Positions 21,471-33,862 of a DNA stretch of 64,000 nucleotides are shown here, piece by piece. Made by a program: the position numbers and the translations under genes. The stretch is from a candidate division CPR3 bacterium GWF2_35_18 (lineage in GTDB: Bacteria; Patescibacteriota; CPR3; GWF2-35-18), in NCBI GenBank assembly GCA_001771135.1, contig MESW01000008.1, positions 2,373 through 66,372 of the forward strand, read 5' to 3'. Every line of letters starts with the position of its first letter. The stretch's first letter is position 1. The notes under the pieces are model-generated. The model searched no databases and was not told the origin of the DNA. It worked only from the letters and a program-made list of their open reading frames with translations.

Positions 21471-22739
21471 ATGTCATTCGAAAAAACAACTTTCAAAAAC
21501 AATTTACGTCTCTTAACGATTCCCATAGAATCAGTTGATTCTGTAACGGTAGTCGTTTTTGTGAAAGCCGGTGGGAGATATGAGGCGATTGAAAAATCCG
21601 GTCTTTCTCATTATGTTGAACATACAATTTTTAAAGGTACCCTAAAGCGTCCCAGATCAAAAGATATTGCGACCGAGATAGAGCAGGTGGGAGGAATTCA
21701 TAATGCAGCTACCAGTCATGAATTTACCTATTATTATATTAAAGTTCCGGCTGACAAAATAGAGCTTGCTTTTGACATGCTTTCCGATGTAATTTTTAAC
21801 TCACAATTCAAACAGGCGGATTTAGATATGGAAAAGCAGGTGATTTTAGAAGAGATTAATTATTATAATGATTCGCCAATAGATAAAGTTTTTGATTATT
21901 TTATGAACATGTTGTGGCCGGATCATCCCCTGGGAACTGATCTTACTGGAACGAAAGAGCAATTTTTAGGTTTAAAGCGCAAGGATATTTTGAATTATAT
22001 TCATACTTATTACCACCCCAATAATATGCTTTTAGTGGTTTCCGGGAATGTCAAAAAAGATCTTCCAAAGCGATTAACTGAGAAATATTTTTTGAAACAG
22101 AGTATTCCAACAATTCCGTCATATCAAGAAGTTCGTGATTTTCAAACTGCACCGGCTGTTTCCTTACACTACAAAAAAACCGATCAAACTCATTTTTGTT
22201 TAGGAATAAGATCTTTGCCATTAAATCATCCTGATCGATATGTTCTAGAAGTTTTGACTACTGTAATGGGAAAGGGAATGTCCAGTAGGTTGTTTGAAAC
22301 TCTACGGGAGAAAAATGGTCTTTGTTATTATATTCATGCTGGAGTTGAAGCTTTTTCAGATACCGGAATTTGGTTTGTAAATGCTGGAGTTGATAATACC
22401 CGTTTTTATAAAGCCGTAACTTTGATCATGAAAGAGTTGAAAAAGTTAAAAACCGCGCGAGTTTCCAAAAAAGAGCTTCATAAAGCAAAAGAATATATCA
22501 AAGGTAAACTGAAGTTATCCCTGGAAACATCTGAAGCGCAAGCAAGCTTCTACGGCCATCAAGAGCTACTTTCAGAAGAGATTTTGACGGTGAGAGCCGT
22601 GTGTTCTAAAATAGATTCTGTAAGTAATGATGATATTATTAGAGTAGCCAACTCTCTATTTGTAAATAAGAATCTTAATTTGGCAGCAATCGGTCCGGAA
22701 AAAGATGAGAAACAGATTGAGGCTTTGTTAAATTTTTAA
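21471..22739 (+). CDS. M16 family zinc peptidase
   Basis: Inverted zinc motif SHYVEH, NAATS and SSRLF..LREK.GL.Y motifs. Confidence 0.93.
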   Translation: MSFEKTTFKNNLRLLTIPIESVDSVTVVVFVKAGGRYEAIEKSGLSHYVEHTIFKGTLKRPRSKDIATEIEQVGGIHNAATSHEFTYYYIKVPADKIELAFDMLSDVIFNSQFKQADLDMEKQVILEEINYYNDSPIDKVFDYFMNMLWPDHPLGTDLTGTKEQFLGLKRKDILNYIHTYYHPNNMLLVVSGNVKKDLPKRLTEKYFLKQSIPTIPSYQEVRDFQTAPAVSLHYKKTDQTHFCLGIRSLPLNHPDRYVLEVLTTVMGKGMSSRLFETLREKNGLCYYIHAGVEAFSDTGIWFVNAGVDNTRFYKAVTLIMKELKKLKTARVSKKELHKAKEYIKGKLKLSLETSEAQASFYGHQELLSEEILTVRAVCSKIDSVSNDDIIRVANSLFVNKNLNLAAIGPEKDEKQIEALLNF

Positions 22740-22778
22740 AATATTAGTATTAAAATTTTATTTTTAATTTAAATATTT

Positions 22779-23648
22779 ATGTATCCAATTTTATTACGAT
22801 TTGGTCCTGTTACAATTTATTCTTACGGTCTTTGTCTTGCTTTAGCTTTTTTACTTGGAACCTTTGTTATTTGGCAAGAATCACATCGCAAAGGATTTGA
22901 TGAAGAAAAAGTTTTAGATTTTGTTCTTATTTCCATTTTCGGTTCAATCTTTTTGGGAAGAATCGTCTTTATTATTTTGAATTGGTCACTTTTTGCAAAT
23001 AACGTCCATAAAGTTTTATATTTTTGGGAGATTGGTGGAATTAACGTTTTGGGATTAGCTTTTGGAGCTTTATTAGCGGGTATTTTGTATTTGAAAAAGA
23101 AGCGTTGGCCAGTTTTAATGACTTATGATTTTTTTGTTTTGGGCCTTTTACTTGCCCAGATTCTCGAAAGAATCGGATTTTTCTTGTCTAGCAGTGGTTT
23201 TGGGAAAATGACTAGCTTTTTTCTGGGGGTTCAATTTCCTGGAGAAATTATAAAAAGACATCCAGTTGCTCTCTATGAAGCTTTTTTATTGTTACCGATT
23301 TTCATTTTGTTCTATTTATTATACCGAAAATGTCAAAAGCGAGAAAACTACAAAGAGGGTTTAATTGCAACTCTTTATCTTATTGTTATGGGATTGATGA
23401 CTATAGGGACGGCTTTTCTGACTAAGAATATGAAAGATAAAGAGGCTATTACCTTGACTTTGATTCCAGTAGGCCTGATAATATTATCGAGTTTTGTGAT
23501 CTTTTATATTCGATCGGGTCGTAATTTGAAAAATGATTTGAAACTCTTTTCCAATCTATTTAAACCTAGAAAGAATGTTCAGAATAATGAGGTAGGAATC
23601 GAAAAATTAGTTGAAAGTACTAAAAAGTTAGAAACTGGAGATAAATAA
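22779..23648 (+). CDS. lgt: Prolipoprotein diacylglyceryl transferase (Lgt) family protein
   Basis: MYPILLRFGPVTIYSYG, GRIVF, RIGFF and RHPVALYE motifs; multi-pass membrane protein. Confidence 0.8.
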   Translation: MYPILLRFGPVTIYSYGLCLALAFLLGTFVIWQESHRKGFDEEKVLDFVLISIFGSIFLGRIVFIILNWSLFANNVHKVLYFWEIGGINVLGLAFGALLAGILYLKKKRWPVLMTYDFFVLGLLLAQILERIGFFLSSSGFGKMTSFFLGVQFPGEIIKRHPVALYEAFLLLPIFILFYLLYRKCQKRENYKEGLIATLYLIVMGLMTIGTAFLTKNMKDKEAITLTLIPVGLIILSSFVIFYIRSGRNLKNDLKLFSNLFKPRKNVQNNEVGIEKLVESTKKLETGDK

Positions 23649-23651
23649 ATT

Positions 23652-23990
23652 ATGGAAGAAAAATTACAGCAAAAATTAGCAGAATTAGAAGCGGAATTAA
23701 AATCGGTAGAAGCTCAAGATCCCTATAATAGAGATAGCTATGCTGATGAAAATACTCAGGACGATGATGCTGCTGAAAGGGAAGATCATACCAGAGTAAA
23801 TGCTCTAGAGGACAGCCTTAAAGAAAAGATTCAAAAAGTGGAAGCAGCTTTGGATCGTTGTAAAAAGGGTAAATATGGTCTCTGTGTCTCTTGCGGAGCA
23901 AAAATAGACCAAGCTCGTTTAGATATACTGCCGGAAGCAGATCTTTGTATCTCTTGCAGTAATAAAGAACAATCTTTTGAGCTTTCTTAA
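23652..23990 (+). CDS. TraR/DksA C4-type zinc finger protein
   Basis: Coiled coil followed by GKYGLCVSCG..I..ARL...PEA.LCISC. Confidence 0.88.
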   Translation: MEEKLQQKLAELEAELKSVEAQDPYNRDSYADENTQDDDAAEREDHTRVNALEDSLKEKIQKVEAALDRCKKGKYGLCVSCGAKIDQARLDILPEADLCISCSNKEQSFELS

Positions 23991-24071
23991 ACAGAATTAT
24001 TTGGTATACTCAACTCTCATTTTCTTGTAAACTATAGGAAGTTGAGCATATAATTTAAAAAGGAGAAAAAT

Positions 24072-24455
24072 ATGGTTGAACAAATTAAAAAAATATTAAT
24101 TGTTGAAGATGATGAATTTCTGTCTTCATTATATAAAGAACTTCTTACTGAAGAAGGATATAACGTTGATTTGATGAAAGATGGACAAACTGGTTTAGAT
24201 GCTGCTAAAAAGGGTGGTTACGATCTGATTCTTTTGGATATTATGCTTCCTAAAATGGATGGATTACAAGTTTTGAAAACTCTTGAAGAGAGTAATAATG
24301 AAAAGAATGGTCCGATTGTTATGTTGACTAATTTAGGACAAGACTCAATTGTTCGCGATGCTTTAAAAAATGGAGCATCTGGATTTTTGATCAAATCTTC
24401 CATGACCCCAGATCAGGTTTTACATGAAGTGAGAGTGTTTTTGAATAAAGAATAA
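24072..24455 (+). CDS. Single-domain response regulator (CheY-like)
   Basis: ILIVEDD, DLILLDIMLPKMDG, MLTN and FLIK motifs. Confidence 0.92.
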   Translation: MVEQIKKILIVEDDEFLSSLYKELLTEEGYNVDLMKDGQTGLDAAKKGGYDLILLDIMLPKMDGLQVLKTLEESNNEKNGPIVMLTNLGQDSIVRDALKNGASGFLIKSSMTPDQVLHEVRVFLNKE

Positions 24456-24555
24456 AATTTAGGAAATAATATGAGTAAAGCGCTTTTTCGCTTATGCGAA
24501 AAATAAGTTTAGTTAAAGGAGACGCCTTATGGCGCCTCTTTTTGTAAGGAAGAAC

Positions 24556-25506
24556 ATGATTATCAAAGTCGAAGAAGAAAATATTGGTTTACGTTTAGAT
24601 CAGTTTCTTTCGCAAAAAATAGAGCAGTATTCTCGTAATCAGATCAAAAAAAGTATTTTGCAAGGTTTGGTAAAAAAAGAAGGAGAGACATTAGAACCTG
24701 ACTATCATATTCAAGAAAATGATATTTTTACCTTTGAACCACCAATAATTGAAAGTTCTGATTTAAAACCAGAAAAAATTGATTTGGATATTATTTACGA
24801 GGATCAGAAGGTTCTTGTTGTAAATAAAAAAGTGGGAATGGTCATGCACCCAGGAGCAGGAAATTGGGAAGGAACTCTAGCAAATGCTGTCTTGGGACGT
24901 TTGAAGAAGCAAAGTGATATCTTAAAGACTCCACTCCGAGCCGGTATTGTCCATCGTCTTGATAAAGATACTTCTGGAATTGTCGTTGTAGCCAAAGATG
25001 ATCAAACCTTAGAGTTTTTGCAAAGGCAATTTAGAGAAAAGATAACAGTTAAAAAATATTATGCTTTAGTTTTGGGAAAACCAACTTCAGATGAGGGAAT
25101 TATCAACGCTCCAATAGGAAGACATCGTGGATTTCGTAAAAAATTTACGATACTTGAAAATGGTAAAGAAGCAATTACCCATTACAAAGTTTTAGAAACA
25201 TTTTCATCTTTTTCAGTCACGAATGACTCTATATTTATATCATTATTAGAAGTTTCTCCCAAAACAGGTCGAACACATCAGATTAGAGTACACTTATCGA
25301 AATTGGGTTATCCCATATTGGGTGATCAAGTCTATGGTCGAGAGCAAACTAGGATTAGTAAATCGTTGGGAATTAAAAGGCAAATGTTGCATGCTTATTA
25401 TTTAAAAATCAATCTTCCAGAGATAGGTGAAAAGGAATTTCAAATAGAGATTCCTAAAGATATGGAAGAAGTTATTTCCAGGTTCAAAAGTCAAATAAGA
25501 AAATAG
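24556..25506 (+). CDS. rluD: RluA/RluD family pseudouridine synthase
   Basis: S4 domain RLDQFL, GIVHRLDKDTSG, TGRTHQIRVH and LHA motifs; start may be 24529 or 24556. Confidence 0.9.
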   Translation: MIIKVEEENIGLRLDQFLSQKIEQYSRNQIKKSILQGLVKKEGETLEPDYHIQENDIFTFEPPIIESSDLKPEKIDLDIIYEDQKVLVVNKKVGMVMHPGAGNWEGTLANAVLGRLKKQSDILKTPLRAGIVHRLDKDTSGIVVVAKDDQTLEFLQRQFREKITVKKYYALVLGKPTSDEGIINAPIGRHRGFRKKFTILENGKEAITHYKVLETFSSFSVTNDSIFISLLEVSPKTGRTHQIRVHLSKLGYPILGDQVYGREQTRISKSLGIKRQMLHAYYLKINLPEIGEKEFQIEIPKDMEEVISRFKSQIRK

Positions 25507-25537
25507 CTGATATTCCTTTATATCCATTTAACTTCAA

Positions 25538-25553
25538 TCCGCCAACTGGCGGA
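25538..25553. repeat. Short GC palindrome TCCGCCA-AC-TGGCGGA
   Basis: Perfect 7-bp inverted repeat in an AT-rich intergenic region; only one copy seen in the window. Confidence 0.35.
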
Positions 25554-25629
25554 ACAATTTAATATGTTGTTAAATTGGTAGTACTTATTTGCTCTTATTG
25601 CAAATTCAAGAAAGATGAGTATATAAGCT

Positions 25630-25658
25630 TTGACATTTAAGTTTCGACTTTATACACT
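25630..25658 (+). promoter_or_regulatory. Sigma70 promoter, probably giving a leaderless mRNA
   Basis: TTGACA (25630-25635), 17 nt, TACACT (25653-25658); the ATG at 25665 lies at the expected +1. Confidence 0.55.
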
Positions 25659-25664
25659 GTTTAT

Positions 25665-27362
25665 ATGCAATCCATTTTCTTTGAAGTTGGTTTTATTGTT
25701 GTTTTGGCTACTATCTTAGGTGGTTTTGTGAAATATTTACGTCAGCCACTTGTTTTAGCTTATATTCTAACTGGGGTACTTGTAAAAATTTTAGGTTTTT
25801 CAAATGTCGGATCTCCGGAAACACTAAGTTTTTTCTCACACCTTGGAATTGCCTTTTTACTTTTTATAGTTGGATTAGAGCTTAATCCAGATGAGCTTAA
25901 GGAGATGGGAAAAAAGAGTTTATTCTTGGGAATTGGTCAAATAGTAATTACTTTTGGACTTTCATTTATTCTTTGCTTCCTCCTACAGTTTAACTTGATT
26001 TCCAGTTTTTTTATTGCAATTTCTCTTACCTTTTCTTCTACGATAATTGTTGTAAAGCTTTTGATTGAAAAAAATGACTTAACGTCAGTATACGGACGTA
26101 TTGCTGTAGCTATACTTTTAGTTCAGGACCTCGTTGCCGTTTTAGTCCTAGTCTTTTTATCTGGATTAACTGGAGAGGGAATTTCTTTTTGGACATTTTT
26201 TCTTACGATTATTAAAGCAGGGATTTTTTTCACCATAGTTTATCTGTTTTCTAAAGAGGTTTTGGGATATCTTTTTAAACTACTTTCTTCTTCATCAGAG
26301 CTCCTATTTTTAGGAGGTATCGCGTGGTGTTTACTTCTTGCTGCTTTTGCTAATTTTGCTGGTTTTTCTCTGGAAATTGGGGCCTTTTTGGCTGGAATTT
26401 CTCTTGCTTCAACGAAATATAATTTAGAGATTGGAACAAAGATAAAACCTCTCCGTGACTTTTTTATCACGATCTTTTTTGTGGTTTTAGGTCTTGAAAT
26501 TAGCTTTGGGTCATTTTTTGAAGTTTTACCAATGGTCATAATTTTTACTGTTTTCGTGTTATTAATAAAACCGATTATTGTAATGGGAGTTTCCGGATTT
26601 TTAGGATATAAAAATAGAATTTCCTTCCTAACCGGAAATTGTTTGTCACAGATATCTGAATTTTCCTTGATAGTATCGGCTATAGGACTACAAATGGGAC
26701 AGATTAACGAAAAAATTTCTTCAATTATTACCTTTGTTGGAGTTTTTACAATCCTTTTTTCTAGTTATTTAGTCACTTACGACGATAAGATCTATAAAAA
26801 ACTCAAAAAATATTTAACTATTTTCGAAAGGAAGAATGCTAACAATTCTTATAACTTTAACAAAGAAAAAAATTATGAGGATCATATCATATTAATTGGG
26901 TGTCACCGTATGGGACAAGATTTTATCAGTATTTTCGATAAGCTTAAAATTCCTTTTATTGTTTTGGATTTTGATCCGAAGATTATTAAACAGCTATCTA
27001 TGATGGGAGTATATTGTATTTTTGGAGATATTGGAGATCCAGAAATATTAGAAGCATTAAACTTAGGTAAGACTAAAATGGTGATATCTACTGTTCCAAA
27101 TTTTGCTGATAACAGGGCGGTTTTAGAAGAGGTTAAAAGAGTAAATAAAGAAGTTGTCGTTTTTTTAACCGGTTCTCAAATTGACGAAGCTCTTGAGTTT
27201 TATAAACTAGGGGCAGATTATGTAATATTGCCACAGTTACTTGGTGGTCATTTCGTTTCCGCCCAATTAGAGAAACATTGGGGAAAGCTAGAAGACTTGA
27301 AAAAATTGAAAGAACATCATATGGCAGATCTTATTAAAAGAAAATCCATGGGACAGTATTGA
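25665..27362 (+). CDS. CPA2 cation:proton antiporter with C-terminal TrkA-N/RCK domain (Kef-like)
   Basis: LLFIVGLE, FSSTIIVVK, LLVQD, LRDFF and QISEF motifs; IILIGCHRMG Rossmann motif. Confidence 0.92.
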   Translation: MQSIFFEVGFIVVLATILGGFVKYLRQPLVLAYILTGVLVKILGFSNVGSPETLSFFSHLGIAFLLFIVGLELNPDELKEMGKKSLFLGIGQIVITFGLSFILCFLLQFNLISSFFIAISLTFSSTIIVVKLLIEKNDLTSVYGRIAVAILLVQDLVAVLVLVFLSGLTGEGISFWTFFLTIIKAGIFFTIVYLFSKEVLGYLFKLLSSSSELLFLGGIAWCLLLAAFANFAGFSLEIGAFLAGISLASTKYNLEIGTKIKPLRDFFITIFFVVLGLEISFGSFFEVLPMVIIFTVFVLLIKPIIVMGVSGFLGYKNRISFLTGNCLSQISEFSLIVSAIGLQMGQINEKISSIITFVGVFTILFSSYLVTYDDKIYKKLKKYLTIFERKNANNSYNFNKEKNYEDHIILIGCHRMGQDFISIFDKLKIPFIVLDFDPKIIKQLSMMGVYCIFGDIGDPEILEALNLGKTKMVISTVPNFADNRAVLEEVKRVNKEVVVFLTGSQIDEALEFYKLGADYVILPQLLGGHFVSAQLEKHWGKLEDLKKLKEHHMADLIKRKSMGQY

Positions 27363-27442
27363 AAATTACAGAAACTGGACTTCACATTATTGTAAAAAAC
27401 ACGTATCATTTAAATGATATAATTAGAGTAAAGGAGAAAATC

Positions 27443-27670
27443 ATGTCATATAACGCAAACGATCCCAACCAAAATCGATATTGGAATCAACAGGTTATCC
27501 GTTCTTTACAAGAACAGATTTATGAAATAGAACAGCGAATGCGTACTGATCCAGATCGTTATGATAGAAGTCGCTATGCGGATATTATAAGGAAACTGAA
27601 TGAAGCTATTTATGCTCTTCAAGAAGAAGAATCTTTAGTTGCTGATGAGGCAGCGAAAGAACAGCAGTAG
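27443..27670 (+). CDS. Small helical hypothetical protein
   Basis: ATG 27443 after SD AAGGAG; coiled-coil-like sequence. Confidence 0.6.
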   Translation: MSYNANDPNQNRYWNQQVIRSLQEQIYEIEQRMRTDPDRYDRSRYADIIRKLNEAIYALQEEESLVADEAAKEQQ

Positions 27671-27707
27671 TTTCAAGTTAGATTAATTATTTAATTGGAG
27701 GTTATTT

Positions 27708-29204
27708 ATGTCGGTTAAAGATGCTATTTTTGCAGGAATGACTATGGGTGAAAAAAATGGAATTCCTTCCTATCGAATGTTTATTGGTGGGCAGTGGGTA
27801 GAATCTACAAACGGAGAAACTTTTGAAGTAGTTTGTCCAGAGAGTAGAGAAGTAGTTTCTTATATTGCCAAAGCTACAATAGATAATGCTAGTAAAGCTA
27901 TGGAAGCGGCTTACTTAGCCCGAAAGGAAATGGAATATCTTTCTCCAGTTAAACGTTCCGAAATTTTGAGGAAAGCGGCTCTTTTATTCCAAGCTCATCA
28001 AGATGAGGTAATAAAAAGAGTGGTTTTAGAAACCGGAAAACCGATTTCCGAAGCTCATCACGAAATTGCTGCTGCTATAAAAAGGTTAGAATATGCTGCT
28101 GAAGAAGCAAAGTCGATAAAGGGTGAAAGTATTCCTGGGGGAACAATATCGGATGCTGGAGTTAAACAAACGGCTTTGTTAACCAGAAAACCATTGGGAA
28201 TAATTTTGGGCATAACCCCTTTTAATTATCCTTGTTTTATTCCTATGAGTAAGATTGCGCCAGCTTTAGCAGCTGGAAACACCATAGTGATTAAACCGGC
28301 TTCTTCTAATCCTTCTCCAGTTTTATATCTGGCGAAGTTTTTACAGGAAGCAGGACTTCCAGATGGTGCAATAAATGTTGTTACTGGTGAAGGTGCAGAA
28401 TTAGGAGATTACCTAAGTACTCATCCTAAGGTAAATATGATTTCATTTACAGGAAGCTCAAAAGTGGGTAATAGAATTGCTCGTTTGGCTGGAAAAGTAC
28501 AACTTCATTTAGAATTGGGGGGGAAATGCCCAGGAATTGTAAGCCAAAAAGCAGATTTAGATTTGGCCGCAAAAGAGTGTGTCAAGGGTGGCCTAAAATT
28601 TTCTGGTCAACGCTGTGATTCTTTAAGCAGGTTTTTAATTGAAGAAAAAGTTTATGATAAATTCGTCGAAAAAGTATTACTTGAAGTTAAGAAATGGAAA
28701 ATTGGAGAGATTTTTGATGAAGAAACCCAAATAGGTCCGCTTATTAATGAATCGGCTTTAATGAAGGTTTTAGATCTTATCGATGATGCGGTTGCTAAGG
28801 GTGCAAAAGTTTCTTTAGGTAAGGAAATTGCGAAAGATAGCCTGTTAATGTCACCAGTTGTTTTGACTGATGTTACTACCAAAATGAGAATTGCTTGGGA
28901 AGAGACTTTTGGTCCAGCACTTTCACTTATTAAAGTCAAAAACTTTGAAGAAGCAATTTCAATTGCGAATATGTCTGAGTACGGGCTTGATTCCTCTGTT
29001 TTCACTCAAGATATCGATGAGGCAATGTATGCTGCTAATCATTTAGAATCTGGGACAGTGCAAATTAATGCAGCCCCAGCACACGGTCTTGGAAATTTTC
29101 CTTTTGGTGGAGATGAGGAGTCAGGAATGGGAAGAGAGGGAATTGGATATTCCGTATATGATATGACTAAAGTACACAGTATTGTTTTTAATCCGAAAAA
29201 ATAA
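27708..29204 (+). CDS. Aldehyde dehydrogenase, GAPN-like (non-phosphorylating glyceraldehyde-3-phosphate dehydrogenase)
   Basis: ITPFNYP, FTGS, LELGGK, FSGQRC, MRIAWEETFGP and FPFGG motifs. Confidence 0.85.
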   Translation: MSVKDAIFAGMTMGEKNGIPSYRMFIGGQWVESTNGETFEVVCPESREVVSYIAKATIDNASKAMEAAYLARKEMEYLSPVKRSEILRKAALLFQAHQDEVIKRVVLETGKPISEAHHEIAAAIKRLEYAAEEAKSIKGESIPGGTISDAGVKQTALLTRKPLGIILGITPFNYPCFIPMSKIAPALAAGNTIVIKPASSNPSPVLYLAKFLQEAGLPDGAINVVTGEGAELGDYLSTHPKVNMISFTGSSKVGNRIARLAGKVQLHLELGGKCPGIVSQKADLDLAAKECVKGGLKFSGQRCDSLSRFLIEEKVYDKFVEKVLLEVKKWKIGEIFDEETQIGPLINESALMKVLDLIDDAVAKGAKVSLGKEIAKDSLLMSPVVLTDVTTKMRIAWEETFGPALSLIKVKNFEEAISIANMSEYGLDSSVFTQDIDEAMYAANHLESGTVQINAAPAHGLGNFPFGGDEESGMGREGIGYSVYDMTKVHSIVFNPKK

Positions 29205-29231
29205 TTTTAGCGATTTTTAAGGAGTTAATAT

Positions 29232-29999
29232 ATGTTTGATTTAAAAAATAGAAAGGCATTGGTTACTGGAGGTTCGAGGGGTATTGGAAAGGGAATTGCA
29301 ATATCTCTTGCGAAAGCTGGAGCAGATGTTGTTGTTAATTACTACTCCAAAGTGGAAGAAGCAGAAGCTGTTGTGTCAGAAATTAAAAAGTTGGGGAGAC
29401 AATCATATGCCGTAAAAGCGGATGTTTCCATTAGAGAAGAAGTTGTGAAAATGGTTAATGAAATGACCGAAAAATGGGGAGAAATAAACATTTTGATCAA
29501 TAATGCTGGTCTTTTAGGTGCAGCTCCTTTTACGGAAATGACTGAGGAAGAGTGGCAGAGAGTTCTGAATGTGAATGTAAACGGATATTTTCATGTGGCT
29601 CAGGAAGTCGCTAAACAAATGGTTGCACAAAAAAAAGATGGAAGGATAATTAATATTGCTTCTATTGCCTCTGGTCAGATTGGTATCGGAACTCCAATGT
29701 CTGTTCACTATGGTACTAGTAAGGGAGCTATTGTGGCTTTTTCAGAAAGTTTAGCCGGAGAGCTTGCTCCTTATGGAATTAACGTTAATGCAATTGCTCC
29801 AGGACTTATTGAAACCGATATGGTGGCTGGATTTACCTCAAATAAAACAGTCTTAGATTCTTTTATAGCAAGAACACCCAAAAAACGTGCAGGACAACCA
29901 GAAGATATTGGATACGCAGCAGTTTATCTTGCTTCTGATGAAGCCGATTATGTCACGGGAACAGTTCTGTATGTTGACGGTGGATATTTAGCGGTCTAA
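29232..29999 (+). CDS. Short-chain dehydrogenase/reductase (FabG-like)
   Basis: TGGSRGIG, NNAG, YGTSK and NAIAPG motifs. Confidence 0.92.
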   Translation: MFDLKNRKALVTGGSRGIGKGIAISLAKAGADVVVNYYSKVEEAEAVVSEIKKLGRQSYAVKADVSIREEVVKMVNEMTEKWGEINILINNAGLLGAAPFTEMTEEEWQRVLNVNVNGYFHVAQEVAKQMVAQKKDGRIINIASIASGQIGIGTPMSVHYGTSKGAIVAFSESLAGELAPYGINVNAIAPGLIETDMVAGFTSNKTVLDSFIARTPKKRAGQPEDIGYAAVYLASDEADYVTGTVLYVDGGYLAV

Positions 30000-30011
30000 T
30001 TTTATTTAACC

Positions 30012-31037
30012 CTACGATATTAACATTCCATCACCAAAACTGTAAAAGCGGTAATTATTATCAATTGCTTCTTGGTATGCCTTTAGGATAAATTCACGTC
30101 CAGCAAGAGCTGATACGAGCATCAAAAGTGTCGACTTTGGTAAATGAAAATTAGTAACCATGGCATTTATAAATTTAAACTGGTACCCAGGATAAATAAA
30201 TAGCGAAGTCTCTCCTGAAAATGCTTCGATAGAATACTTACCATTTTTATTATCCACTGTTGCTTCAATAGCTCTTGTGGAGGTTGTTCCAACACTAATA
30301 ATCCTTTTTCCTTGTTGTTTATATTCATTTAATCGTTTGGCAAGATCAGAAGAAATATTCAGCCATTCACAGTGCATAAAATGATTTTCGATTTTATTCT
30401 CTTTTACGGGTTGAAATGTTCCCAGTCCAACATGTAAAGTTAAGAACTCTGTTTGAACACCTTTTTGATTCAGTTTATTTAAAAGAGATTCACTGAAGTG
30501 GAAGCCAGCAGTCGGAGCCGCTACTGAACCATTATTTTGAGCATAAACAGTCTGGTATTCTTTTCGATTCGTGATTTGCCTTTTTATATAAGGAGGAGTT
30601 GGCATAATTCCAATATTATCTAGGGTTTTTTCTAATTCTTTTCCCTTCATATTCAATTTAATAATTCGAATTCCGGTTGTCAGAATATCTACTATTCTTC
30701 CTTGTAGTCCAGAACCAAAGGTAATAAGTTGATTGATTTTTCCGCCCGGTTTAGTAAGACATTCCCAATATTCAGCTTCAAGTAGTTTTAGGAGTAATAC
30801 TTCTATTTTTCCTCCGGTATCTTTGGTCCCGTAGATTCTTGCCGGAATTACCTTACTATTATTAAAAATAAGCACATCGTTGTCAGTTAGATAGTTTGGA
30901 AGATTATAGAAATGATCGTGAATAATAGTTTGCTTTTTTTTATTGAGGACCATTAACTTTGAGTGATCTCGAGGGGAAACAGGTTTTTGAGCAATTAATT
31001 CTTGCGGTAAATGATAATCAAAATCAGTAGTTTTCAT
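30012..31037 (-). CDS. queA: S-adenosylmethionine:tRNA ribosyltransferase-isomerase
   Basis: FDYHLPQELIAQ, PPYI, YQTVYA, SVAAPTAGFHF, TNFHLPKST and YRFYSFGD motifs. Confidence 0.97.
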   Translation of the reverse strand: MKTTDFDYHLPQELIAQKPVSPRDHSKLMVLNKKKQTIIHDHFYNLPNYLTDNDVLIFNNSKVIPARIYGTKDTGGKIEVLLLKLLEAEYWECLTKPGGKINQLITFGSGLQGRIVDILTTGIRIIKLNMKGKELEKTLDNIGIMPTPPYIKRQITNRKEYQTVYAQNNGSVAAPTAGFHFSESLLNKLNQKGVQTEFLTLHVGLGTFQPVKENKIENHFMHCEWLNISSDLAKRLNEYKQQGKRIISVGTTSTRAIEATVDNKNGKYSIEAFSGETSLFIYPGYQFKFINAMVTNFHLPKSTLLMLVSALAGREFILKAYQEAIDNNYRFYSFGDGMLIS

Positions 31038-31055
31038 ATAATCTCTGAAAATTAG

Positions 31056-33547
<2,492 letters not shown>

Positions 33548-33559
33548 AAGAGCCGTAAC

Positions 33560-33614
33560 AAAAAGGACCGTGGCTAATTTTGGCCACGGTCCGGAAGAAA
33601 GGAGAGAGACTAAC
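33560..33614 (-). ncRNA. Candidate ~50-nt sRNA with an anti-Shine-Dalgarno 5' segment
   Basis: Own promoter TTGACA-17-TGcTATAAA, then GTTAGTCTCTCTCCTTTCTTCC, then a 10-bp stem GGACCGTGGC/GCCACGGTCC and T5; no ORF inside. Confidence 0.5.
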
Positions 33615-33618
33615 GCCA

Positions 33619-33647
33619 TTTATAGCATACAGAGCTAATATTGTCAA
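33619..33647 (-). promoter_or_regulatory. Sigma70 promoter with extended -10 for the candidate sRNA
   Basis: TTGACA at 33647-33642, 17-nt spacer ending in TGC, TATAAA at 33624-33619. Confidence 0.55.
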
Positions 33648-33862
33648 TATATCCAACTTTACTTATGGTGACTTATGGTTTTTATTAGTTTTTAGTTGGA
33701 TATACCTAAATCAGCCTATTTTGAGTATAATAAAACTTAGAAGTTGCATAAATTTTAGAGTACGACTTTAATGTAGTAAATGTTTGTTTTTTATTGTCTT
33801 TTCAGGTAAAATAGGGTGTTGTAAGAGAGAGGTAAATTTTTAATGAGAGAGATGAATTAAAA

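Noticed and set aside
33580-33771. 63-aa ORF as a type I toxin opposite the candidate sRNA
   Set aside because: Its TTG start is buried in the hairpin, and the SD-like sequence lies inside the ORF with no start codon at proper spacing.
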